Shown here: positions 46,933 through 54,803 of the stretch, one piece after another | Layout: each line of letters starts with the position of its first letter | Numbering within the stretch: the stretch's first letter is position 1 | Origin: Candidatus Binatia bacterium | GTDB taxonomy: Bacteria; Desulfobacterota; Binatia; UBA9968; JAJDTQ01 | NCBI GenBank assembly: GCA_022823055.1 | Contig: JAJDXX010000235.1 | Span: 1,308-65,307 of the forward strand | DNA: 64,000 nucleotides | Direction of reading: 5' to 3' | Translations under genes and position numbers: made by a program | Notes under the pieces: model-generated | What the model was told of the DNA's origin: nothing | The model's input: the letters and a program-made list of their open reading frames with translations, nothing else | Databases searched by the model: none

Positions 46933-48237
46933 ATGGAAGACAAGACCGTATCCACCCGTGAGATACTGGACACCCTGAACGAGGTGCGTTCCCGGACCCT
47001 GGGCTTGGTGGAAGATCTGTCGGGCGAGCAACTCACCGTGCCCATGCTGAACATCGTCAATCCCCCGCTCTGGGAGATCGGGCACGTGTCCTGGTTTCAC
47101 GAGCGGTGGGCGCTTCGGCATCTGCGCGGCCGCGACCCCATCATCTCCAACGGCGACGAGCTCTACGACTCCGCGGCGGTGCGCCACGACACCCGCTGGG
47201 TGCTGGCGCTGCCGCCCCTGGCGGAAACCCTCGCCTACAAGGAGCGCGTGCTGCGGCAGATCAGCGAGGAGTTGCCCGCCGAGCGGCTGAGCCCGGAGGA
47301 AACCTACTTCCACAAGCTGGTCATCTTCCACGAGGACATGCACGCGGAGGCCATGACCTACACGCGCCAGACCCTGGGGTATCCGCCGCCTCCGTTCATG
47401 GGCGAGCCCAGGGCCGTGTCCGGCGGCTCCTGCCCCGGCGACGTGGAGGTGCCGGGCGGCGAGTTCGTTCTCGGCGGCACTCCGGACCTTCCCTTCGTCT
47501 TCGACAACGAGAAGTGGGGCCACCCGATAACCGTGGTGCCCTTCCGCATCGCCCGCGCCCCGGTGACCAACCAGGAGTTCGCAGCGTTCGCCGACGACGG
47601 AGGGTACGGGGACCCGCGCTGGTGGAGCGAAGACGGCTGGAGTTGGCGGCAGGCCGAGGGCGCGACGTACCCCGTCTACTGGCGACGGGAGGCGCCGGGA
47701 CGTTGGCAAGAGCGGATATTCAACCGGTGGGGGTCGCTCCAGGCGGAGTTGCCGGTGATCCACGTCAACTGGTACGAGGCCGAGGCGTACTGCCGGTGGG
47801 CCGGGCGGAGGCTGGCGACGGAGACGGAGTGGGAGATGGCGGCGGCCGTGGACCCGGCCGGCAAAAAGGAGCCGGGAGCAGCCAAGCGGGGCTATCCCTG
47901 GGGCGAAGCGCCGCCCGACCCGTCCTGCGGCAACCTCGACTGGGCCGCCGGAGGCCGGCTGCCGGTGGACGCGCTTTCGGCCGGCGACAGCGCCGCCGGC
48001 TGCCGGCAGATGATCGGCAACGTCTGGGAGTGGACGGCCGACGCCTTCCACCCCTATCCCGGCTTCGTCCGGGACCCCTACAAGGAATACTCCGAGCCCT
48101 GGTTCGGCGACCGCAAGGTGCTGCGCGGAGGCTGCTGGGCCACCCGCTCCCACCTGATCCGCAACACTTGGCGGAACTTCTTCACGCCGGACCGGCGCGA
48201 CGTGCTGGCGGGGTTCCGGACGTGCGCGCGGGACTGA
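46933..48237 (+). CDS. EgtB/SenA-family non-heme iron enzyme (DinB-like N-domain + FGE-sulfatase/SUMF1 C-domain): hercynine C-S or C-Se bond-forming sulfoxide/selenoxide synthase
   Basis: 434 aa. ...NPPLWEIGHVSWFHERW... (DinB His ligands), ...FHEDMHAE..., C-terminal ...VNWYEAEAYCRWAGRRLATETEWE...GNVWEWT...RGGCWAT... (FGE-sulfatase fold). Confidence 0.8.
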   Translation: MEDKTVSTREILDTLNEVRSRTLGLVEDLSGEQLTVPMLNIVNPPLWEIGHVSWFHERWALRHLRGRDPIISNGDELYDSAAVRHDTRWVLALPPLAETLAYKERVLRQISEELPAERLSPEETYFHKLVIFHEDMHAEAMTYTRQTLGYPPPPFMGEPRAVSGGSCPGDVEVPGGEFVLGGTPDLPFVFDNEKWGHPITVVPFRIARAPVTNQEFAAFADDGGYGDPRWWSEDGWSWRQAEGATYPVYWRREAPGRWQERIFNRWGSLQAELPVIHVNWYEAEAYCRWAGRRLATETEWEMAAAVDPAGKKEPGAAKRGYPWGEAPPDPSCGNLDWAAGGRLPVDALSAGDSAAGCRQMIGNVWEWTADAFHPYPGFVRDPYKEYSEPWFGDRKVLRGGCWATRSHLIRNTWRNFFTPDRRDVLAGFRTCARD

Positions 48238-48295
48238 CCGGGGACTTAGTTTCGGCGAAGGCCCCGCCGGGTTCCAGCCGAACACGTCCGTTGGA

Positions 48296-49285
48296 TTGGA
48301 AAACGACTTGGCACGGAAGAACACCCAAACGACCCGAATCGCCCTCGTAACGCCGGCCGGCCCCACCCGCCGCACGGGCAACCGTATCTCGGGCAACAGG
48401 TGGGCGCGAATCCTGCGGGCGTCGGGACACCGGGTCATCCCCCTGGATCGCTACGAGCGCGAGCGTTGCGACGTGTTGATCGCGCTCCACGCCCGGCGCA
48501 GTCATGACTCCGTCCGGCGGTTCCGCGATCTGAACCCCGGCAAGCCGATAGTGGTGGTCCTGACCGGAACCGACCTGTACCGCGACATCCATGAGGACGA
48601 AGATTCACGGGAGTCCCTCCGGCTGGCCGACCGCCTGGTAGTGCTGCAACGCAAGGGGCTTGACGAGCTCGAGCCGGCGCTGCACGAGAAGACTTGGGTC
48701 ATCTACCAATCCGCGCCGGCCAGCCCCGGGCAGCCCGGCAATCCCGTAAAACAGTTCACCGTGGCGGTGGTGGGCCACATGCGCCCCGAGAAGGACCCGT
48801 TCCGGACAGCCATGGCAGTACGCTCGTTGCCGCGCGCGTCGCGGATCCGCGTCGTTCACATCGGCGCCGCGTTCGGCGACAACTTTCTGCGCCGCGCCGA
48901 GCAGGAGGCCGAGCGCAACCCGCGCTACCGCTGGGTCGGCGAGTGGCCTCACTGGAAGACGCGCCGGTTCATGGCCCGCAGCCACATCCTGTCCATCACC
49001 TCACGCATGGAAGGCAGTTCCAACGTCCTGTGCGAGGCGCTGGCCTCGGGGGTGCCCGTGGCAGCCTCCCGGATCTCGGGATTGATGGGAACCCTGGGCG
49101 ACGACTATCCGGGCTACTACGAGCTCGGCGACACCGCGGGGCTCAAACGCCTGCTGCTCCGCGCCGAGACCGACCCGGCGTTCTACGAGAGCTTGGCACG
49201 GCACTGCGCCGAGGCGGCACCGCTGGTGAACCCGGAGCGAGAGATCTGGACCTGGCAGGGGTTGGTCCGTGAAGTGACGCGTTGA
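48296..49285 (+). CDS. GT-B (GT4-like) glycosyltransferase, candidate selenosugar/thiosugar synthase (SenB-like)
   Basis: 329 aa, TTG start. ...RIALVTPAGPTRRTGNRISGNRWARILRASGHRV... EX7E-type motif ...SRMEGSSNVLCEALASGVPV... Lies immediately downstream of the EgtB/SenA-family gene, as in described sen clusters. The SenB assignment is inference. Confidence 0.6.
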   Translation: MENDLARKNTQTTRIALVTPAGPTRRTGNRISGNRWARILRASGHRVIPLDRYERERCDVLIALHARRSHDSVRRFRDLNPGKPIVVVLTGTDLYRDIHEDEDSRESLRLADRLVVLQRKGLDELEPALHEKTWVIYQSAPASPGQPGNPVKQFTVAVVGHMRPEKDPFRTAMAVRSLPRASRIRVVHIGAAFGDNFLRRAEQEAERNPRYRWVGEWPHWKTRRFMARSHILSITSRMEGSSNVLCEALASGVPVAASRISGLMGTLGDDYPGYYELGDTAGLKRLLLRAETDPAFYESLARHCAEAAPLVNPEREIWTWQGLVREVTR

Positions 49286-49295
49286 CCACGCGTCG

Positions 49296-49445
49296 AACCC
49301 CTCCGTCATTTGTCCTGTTTCCCGGTCATTCCTAGTTCCCCGTCATTCCCGCGAAAGCGGGAATCCATGGGTCCTGGCGGGGCGCTACAGCGGTGTTCCC
49401 CCGCTCCACCCCGCCTGGATTCCCGCTTTCGCGGGAATGACGGGA
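49296..49445. repeat. Nested-palindrome intergenic repeat, copy B
   Basis: GTCATT half-sites at 49305, 49325 and 49342. Left arm ~49339-49367 (ends CCATGG instead of CCAGG). Right arm 49414-49443 is identical to copies A and C and is preceded by the same CACCCCG. Confidence 0.7.
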
Positions 49446-49542
49446 GGGGGTACGGGAATGAAGGAAGGGGGACGCGGGAATGCCCGAGAGGGACCGGGTT
49501 GACGGAAAGGGGCCGGGTCGACGGAAAGGGTTTGGGGTTGGT

Positions 49543-49602
49543 GGCAGCGGTATGGGGTTGACGGCAGCGGTATGGGGTTGACGGCAGCGGTGCAGGGTCG
49601 AT
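49543..49602. repeat. Tandem repeat, 3 x 20 bp (GGCAGCGGTATGGGGTTGAC; third unit diverged)
   Basis: Units at 49543-49562, 49563-49582 and 49583-49602. Preceded by two further short duplications (GGGACCGGGTTGACGGAAAGG / GGCCGGGTCGACGGAAAGGG). Confidence 0.7.
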
Positions 49603-49623
49603 GGGACGGGCGCGCTGCGAGCC

Positions 49624-50778
49624 TTACGACAGCACCTCGATGAGTTTCTCCGCCACCGTGTCCAGCTCGGCGTGGGTGATGACCAGGGGCGGCAACAACC
49701 TTACCACGGTCGCTCCCGCGGGCAGCGCCAGGACGCCTTTTTCCATGAGGCGCACGAGGTGGGGCTGGGACTTTTCCTTGAGCTCGATGCCGATCATGAG
49801 ACCGAGTTGGCGGATCTCTCTCACCTTCGGCAGGTCCGCGGCCTGAAGCCGTTCCAGCAGGTAGGCGCCCTTCTCCGTTGCGGCCGCGGCCAGCCCTTCC
49901 TCCTCCATGGCGTCGATGGCGGCCAGCGACGCGGCGCACGCGAGCGGGTTGCCGCCGAAGGTGCTGCCGTGGCGGCCGACGGGGACCTCGAGCTTGTCGG
50001 AGCAGAGCACCGCGCCCATGGGGATGCCGCCGGCCATAGCCTTGGCGAGACACAGGATGTCGGGCTCCAAGCCGAAGTGCTCGCAGGCGAACATCTTGCC
50101 GGTGCGGCAGAAGCCGGTCTGGACCTCGTCGATGATGAGGAGGACGCCCCGCTCCCGGCAGAGCTCGCCCACCTGCTCGAAGAACTCGGCCTTGCCGAGG
50201 TTCACGCCGCCTTCGCCCTGGACGATCTCCAACATCACGGCGGCGGTGTTGTCGTTCACCTTCTCTTCCAGCTTGGCGAAGTTGTTGAAGGGGGTGTACT
50301 GGAAGCCTTCCACGATGGGCACGAAGGGCTCGCGGTATTCCTTGGTGAAGGTGGCGCTCAGCGCCCCCATGGTGCGGCCGTGGAAGCCGCGCATGGCGCA
50401 CACGAACTCCTGCTTGCCGGTGGCGAAGCGGGCGAACTTGATGGCCGCCTCGATGGTCTCGGTGCCCGAGTTGCACAGGAAGGCGCGGTTCAGGTTGCCG
50501 GGGGCGATGCCGGCCAGTCGCTCCAGCAGGCGCGCCTTGACGTCGTTGTAGAAGACCCCGGAGCAGCTCAGGAGCCTCTGGGCCTGCTCGGACACCGCCT
50601 GCACCACCTTGGGGTGGCAGTGTCCCAGGTTGGCAACGCCGTGGCCGGCGACGCAGTCGATGTACTCCCGGCCCTCGTGGTCCCAGACCCTGGCGCCCTC
50701 GCCGCGCACCAGCACGATGTCGCGCTTGGGATAGACGTCGAACTCGTGCCGTTGCTGCAACTCCTTGAAATCAGTCAC
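49624..50778 (-). CDS. lysJ: Class-III aminotransferase of the LysW pathway (LysJ/ArgD-type acetylornithine/[LysW]-aminoadipate semialdehyde transaminase)
   Basis: 384 aa. ...VRGEGARVWDHEGREYIDCVAGHGVANLGHCHP..., ...LLIIDEVQTGFCRTGKMFA... Last gene of the lysW operon. Confidence 0.85.
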   Translation of the reverse strand: MTDFKELQQRHEFDVYPKRDIVLVRGEGARVWDHEGREYIDCVAGHGVANLGHCHPKVVQAVSEQAQRLLSCSGVFYNDVKARLLERLAGIAPGNLNRAFLCNSGTETIEAAIKFARFATGKQEFVCAMRGFHGRTMGALSATFTKEYREPFVPIVEGFQYTPFNNFAKLEEKVNDNTAAVMLEIVQGEGGVNLGKAEFFEQVGELCRERGVLLIIDEVQTGFCRTGKMFACEHFGLEPDILCLAKAMAGGIPMGAVLCSDKLEVPVGRHGSTFGGNPLACAASLAAIDAMEEEGLAAAATEKGAYLLERLQAADLPKVREIRQLGLMIGIELKEKSQPHLVRLMEKGVLALPAGATVVRLLPPLVITHAELDTVAEKLIEVLS

Positions 50779-51566
50779 TGGATCACCGTTCCTTTCCCGG
50801 CCAGGGCGTCCCGCACTGGATGTTCCGTGCGGCCGTCGCTCATGATGACCTTTTCCGCGCCTTCCTCGAACAGCTTCCGGAGCGCCAGCATCTTGCGCTT
50901 CATGCGCCCCTCCACCTGGGCTTCCCGCTGCTCCAGCTCGGGCGCGCGGATCTCGGGCACCACCGTGCTCTCGTCGTCCTTGTCGGCGAGAAAGCCCGGC
51001 GCCTCGATGAGCTGCAGCACCACCTCGGCGTGGAAGGCGGCCTGGAGCACGTTGATGATGTCGTCGTTCTCCGAGTTGATGGCGGTGTGGCGTTCGTCGA
51101 TGATGGGAATCGACAGCACCGGCGCGTAGCCGCCGTCGAGCAGCAATTGGAACAGCTCCTTGTTGGCGCTCCGGGGCTTGCCCGAGAAGTCCCGCACGAT
51201 AAGGGTCTTGCCGTTCTTCCGCACCCGGATGCCCTTGTTGCGCTGTCCCTGGATGGCCCGCCCGTCGATGCCGGAGAGGCCCACGGCGTTCACGCCGTTC
51301 TGCTGCAGCAGCTCGACGATGCGCTTGTTCTGCACGCCCGCGTAGCCCATCAGGATGGCGTCCAGCGCCGCCTTGTCGGACAGCACGCTGGTGTAGCCCG
51401 ACACCGACGTCACCACCTGGGTCGGGTTGCCGAGCTTGGCCGCGATGGCGTCCCGCACCGCGTTGGCGCCGTGCACCACGATGAAAGGGGCGGACACCTC
51501 GGCCAGGTCTTCGGCGATGCCGGGCAGGTTGATGTCGCTGCCGCCGCCGATCTTCACGAGTATCAT
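50775..51566 (-). CDS. lysZ: [LysW]-aminoadipate/[LysW]-glutamate kinase (amino-acid kinase family, LysZ/ArgB-like)
   Basis: Inner start MILVKIGGGSDINL...FIVVHGANAV... The ATG overlaps the stop of the upstream Ntn gene and the stop overlaps the lysJ ATG. Confidence 0.85.
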   Translation of the reverse strand: MILVKIGGGSDINLPGIAEDLAEVSAPFIVVHGANAVRDAIAAKLGNPTQVVTSVSGYTSVLSDKAALDAILMGYAGVQNKRIVELLQQNGVNAVGLSGIDGRAIQGQRNKGIRVRKNGKTLIVRDFSGKPRSANKELFQLLLDGGYAPVLSIPIIDERHTAINSENDDIINVLQAAFHAEVVLQLIEAPGFLADKDDESTVVPEIRAPELEQREAQVEGRMKRKMLALRKLFEEGAEKVIMSDGRTEHPVRDALAGKGTVIQ

Positions 51567-52201
51567 CGAAGTTGCTCCACCGTGTCGTTGGGGATGATGC
51601 GCCACGATCCGTTTTTGGGCACGGTCTCCGAGCTCACCACGAAGCCGCCCTCGTCGTCCCGGGCGCGAAGCCTGAAATACTCCGGTTGCTCATTGTAGAC
51701 CGATCCCACGTAGACGTTCTCCCGGTCGGCGATGACCATGTTCATGGCGCGCACGTAACGGGTTCTGCGGACGATGACGTCCATCCCTTTCCGCATGGCC
51801 GCCGCTATGTCGCCCTTGTCGAAGCGCTTGACGAAGTTGAACACCTTCTCCGCGCCGATGCGGCCCTCCGCCGCGATCCGGACGCCCCGCAACTCGCCGT
51901 TGAACGCGAACACGTAACGGTCGTCCGAGAACGGCATGTTGTTCTCCACCACGATGTTCTCGTCCCGGAACGCGCTGCGAGCGTGGCCCACCAGCAGCGT
52001 GGTAGCGCCGAACTGGTCCAGGTCGTCCTCCCAGATGGGCTTGATGTTGTGGTAGACCCTCCACTCCCCGTCGACGATGTAGGCGCAGCCCCAGCCGTGC
52101 CCCTGGTACTCGGGGCTGTTGCGGGCGATACCGGCGAGATCCGCCAGGCGTTCGCCGATGTCGAACGACTCACGGTTCTTGACGCACATGAGGCGGCACA
52201 T
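51563..52201 (-). CDS. Class-II (Cys-Ntn) glutamine amidotransferase-like hydrolase, YafJ/EgtC type
   Basis: 212 aa beginning MCRLM (Cys2 nucleophile after Met removal). ...GHGWGCAY..., ...LVGHARSAFRDENIVVENNMPF..., ...FAFNGELRG... Embedded between lysY and lysZ. Confidence 0.8.
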   Translation of the reverse strand: MCRLMCVKNRESFDIGERLADLAGIARNSPEYQGHGWGCAYIVDGEWRVYHNIKPIWEDDLDQFGATTLLVGHARSAFRDENIVVENNMPFSDDRYVFAFNGELRGVRIAAEGRIGAEKVFNFVKRFDKGDIAAAMRKGMDVIVRRTRYVRAMNMVIADRENVYVGSVYNEQPEYFRLRARDDEGGFVVSSETVPKNGSWRIIPNDTVEQLR

Positions 52202-52213
52202 GGCGCTTGCCTG

Positions 52214-53260
52214 CTAGGGGTGGAGCCCCGGGAACTCGAGGCCCTCCGTTTCCTCGAAGCCGTTCATGAGGTTGAAGGCCTGGACCGCCTGGCCGGCGGC
52301 GCCCTTCATCAGGTTGTCGAGGGCGCTCAGCACCACCAGGCGGTCCGAGCCCTTCTCCTTCTGGAAGCCGATGTCGCAGTAGTTGGTGCCGCTCAAGAGC
52401 TTGGGCTCCGGGTAGCGGTAGATGCCGTCGGCCTCCTTGACAATGCGGATGAAAGGCTCCTTGCCGTAGGCCTCGCGGTAGATCTTCCACACGTCCTTCT
52501 CTTCCAGCGGCTCGCGGAGGAAGAGGTGCGCCGTCGCCAGCACACCCCGCACCATCTCGATGGAGGTGGCGGAGAAGTAGAACCGGATCGGCTCGCCGAA
52601 ACCCAGCTCCTGGTAGATCTCGGCGCTGTGGCGGTGCAGGGTGGGCATGAACGAACGCACCGCGCCGCTCCGTTCCGGGTGGTGGGACGCGTCGCTGGCG
52701 GCGTTGCCGCCCTCGCTGGAGCCCACCTTGACCTCCACCACCGTGCGTTCGCGGTCCACCAACCCCTTCCTGAAGAACGGGTAGACGCCGAGGATCGTGG
52801 CGGTGGCGTTGCAGCCGGCGCCGGTGACGAAGTTCGCTCCCCGAATCTCGTCGCGGTGCAGCTCCGGGACCCCGTAGACGAACTCCTTCATGAGCTCCGG
52901 GCGCTGGTGCGGCTTGCCGTACCAGCGCTGGTACTCGTCGGCGCCGTTCAGCCTGAAGTCGGCGCTCAGGTCCACCAGCTTCGGGGCCAGCTCCCGGAAC
53001 GAATCGATACGCTCCTGGGCCTGACCGTGGGGCAGGCAGAGGAACAGCAGGTCGCACGGGTTCAGCTCGTCCATCTTGCAGAAGCGAAGCTGCGTCCGCT
53101 TGCGCAGGTTGGGGTGGGCCTTGAACACGAACTTGCCGGCGAAGCGCTCCGAGGTGACCTCGCACACCTCCACCCGCGGGTGCCCGAGCAGCAGCCGCAG
53201 AAGCTCCCCCCCGGTGTAGCCGGACGCTCCGACGATGGAGACCTTCAGCTTGTCGGCCAC
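52214..53260 (-). CDS. lysY: [LysW]-aminoadipyl/glutamyl-phosphate reductase (ArgC/LysY family)
   Basis: 348 aa. MADKLKVSIVGASGYTGGELLRLL... Active-site region ...VTGAGCNATATIL... Confidence 0.88.
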   Translation of the reverse strand: MADKLKVSIVGASGYTGGELLRLLLGHPRVEVCEVTSERFAGKFVFKAHPNLRKRTQLRFCKMDELNPCDLLFLCLPHGQAQERIDSFRELAPKLVDLSADFRLNGADEYQRWYGKPHQRPELMKEFVYGVPELHRDEIRGANFVTGAGCNATATILGVYPFFRKGLVDRERTVVEVKVGSSEGGNAASDASHHPERSGAVRSFMPTLHRHSAEIYQELGFGEPIRFYFSATSIEMVRGVLATAHLFLREPLEEKDVWKIYREAYGKEPFIRIVKEADGIYRYPEPKLLSGTNYCDIGFQKEKGSDRLVVLSALDNLMKGAAGQAVQAFNLMNGFEETEGLEFPGLHP

Positions 53261-53314
53261 GACTGCCCCGTTTCCTTCCGGTCCGTCCCGCTCATCGATT
53301 CCCGCGCAGCCGAA

Positions 53315-54187
53315 TCAGGCTGCGCCCCTGCGTTCCTGCTCCTCACGGCCCACCTTGAGCACATGCTCGACGACGAGGCCGGGGATGTTCACCCCGGTGG
53401 TGTCGATGCTGTTCCGGAACTCCATGGTGTAGTTCACTTCGTTGACAAGCAGTCCGTCCGGGGTCTCGAAGAGATCCACGGCGACGATGCCGCCTCCCAC
53501 CGCGCGGCACGCGCCAACCGAGAGGTCCCGCAGCTCGTCCGTCACCGGGCAGTTCTCGGCGCGCCCGCCCCGGGCCGTGTTGGTGATCCAGTGGTCGCTG
53601 TAGCGGTAGATGGCGGCCACGCAGTCGTCGCCGATGACGAAGCTCCGGATGTCGCGCCCGGTCTTCTCGACGTACTGCTGGATGTAGAAGATGGAGTGGT
53701 GGTAGCTGCCCAGGATCGCCTTGTGCTCCAGGATGGTCTCCGCGGCGTCCCGGTCGTTCACCTTGGCCAGCAGCCGGCCCCAGGAACCCACCGCGGGTTT
53801 CAGCACCACGGGATAGCCCATCTCCTCGATGGCCTCCAGGGTGGATTCCTCGGTGAAGGCGATGCGCACCTCGGGCTGGGGCACGTCGTGCTCCTGGAGG
53901 TGCACCGAAGTGAGGATCTTGTCGCCGCACACGGTGGCCACCGACGACGCGTTCACGCAGCGCACGCCGGCGCTCTCGAACAGCCGCAGGCCGTGCAGCG
54001 CCCGGGAGTGGTTGATGCACCGCTCCAGCAGCACGTCCAGGTCGAACTCGTCCCGGCCCAGGTTGAACGAGAGCTTCCGGTCGTCGATCATTTGGAGCTC
54101 CACGCCGGGATGCTTCCGGAACTCCTTGATGAGGAGCTTCTCCTCGGGCCGGACCAGTGAATGCAGCAAACCGATCTTCAAGCTCAT
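53315..54187 (-). CDS. lysX: ATP-grasp ligase LysX (RimK family; attaches the substrate to the LysW C-terminus)
   Basis: 290 aa. [23 protein letters not shown]..., ...[17 protein letters not shown]..., ...[26 protein letters not shown]... Confidence 0.88.
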   Translation of the reverse strand: MSLKIGLLHSLVRPEEKLLIKEFRKHPGVELQMIDDRKLSFNLGRDEFDLDVLLERCINHSRALHGLRLFESAGVRCVNASSVATVCGDKILTSVHLQEHDVPQPEVRIAFTEESTLEAIEEMGYPVVLKPAVGSWGRLLAKVNDRDAAETILEHKAILGSYHHSIFYIQQYVEKTGRDIRSFVIGDDCVAAIYRYSDHWITNTARGGRAENCPVTDELRDLSVGACRAVGGGIVAVDLFETPDGLLVNEVNYTMEFRNSIDTTGVNIPGLVVEHVLKVGREEQERRGAA

Positions 54188-54348
54188 TCCCCCCAGTCTT
54201 CCTCTTCCGAGGGCGCCTCTTCCACCGTGGGCGGATCGAGGCTGGTGACCTCCAGCTCGGTGCCGCAGTCGGCGCAGGCGATCAACTCGCCTTCCACCGC
54301 GTCGTCCTCCAGTTCAAATTCCGCTCCGCAAACCGGACACTCAACCAT
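54184..54348 (-). CDS. lysW: Amino-group carrier protein LysW (54 aa; below the ORF-track size cut-off)
   Basis: Own translation: [54 protein letters not shown]. Zinc-ribbon CPVC...CADC plus an acidic tail ending EDWGE (LysW hallmark). GGGAGG SD. The stop overlaps the lysX ATG. Confidence 0.85.
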   Translation of the reverse strand: MVECPVCGAEFELEDDAVEGELIACADCGTELEVTSLDPPTVEEAPSEEEDWGE

Positions 54349-54394
54349 CGGCGGATACCTCCCTAATCAAACGGATCCATTGAAGCACGTCGTT

Positions 54395-54665
54395 CGCCTG
54401 GTTCGTCATTTCCAGTTGCGCCCGCTCGCGTCATTTCCAGCGGCCTCCCTCCACATTCGCGACGGCGCCCCTCCGTCATTCCTTGCGGCGCCTCTCCGTC
54501 ATTGCCAGCGCTTCTCCGTCATTCCCGGCCTCCCTCCGTCATTCCCGCGAAAGCATGCCCTCGACCCCGATCGGGGGCGGGAATCCAGGGGCGGAGCAGG
54601 TTGCGGCGGCACTTCCCGCCACCACCCCGCCTGGATTCCCGCTTTCGCGGGAATGACGGAGGAGA
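54395..54665. repeat. Nested-palindrome intergenic repeat, copy C, with six upstream GTCATT half-sites and a 22-bp insertion in the left arm
   Basis: GTCATT at 54405, 54430, 54475, 54498, 54518 and 54538. The left arm is split: ...CCGTCATTCCCGCGAAAGC[atgccctcgaccccgatcgggg]GCGGGAATCCAGG. Right arm 54630-54659 is intact. Confidence 0.7.
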
Positions 54666-54803
54666 GGCGGAATTGACGGCCGTCCGATGATACCGCCGTC
54701 CGACGACACGAGCGCTGGACGATACCGCGATGCGAGCGCTGGACGATACCAGCGTCGAACGATACGGCCTTCGGATACGACCTTCGGCGGATCGCGGGTT
54801 GTC

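Noticed and set aside
46249-48438. 729-aa minus-strand ORF
   Set aside because: Antisense to the GH84 and EgtB/SenA-like genes. No recognisable motifs.
49543-49602. Possible CRISPR array
   Set aside because: The 20-bp units are directly adjacent with no spacers. There are only three copies and no cas genes. It is a simple tandem repeat.
51572-54160. 862-aa plus-strand ORF
   Set aside because: Antisense to the lysZ/Ntn/lysY/lysX genes, all of which have clear family signatures and coupled starts.
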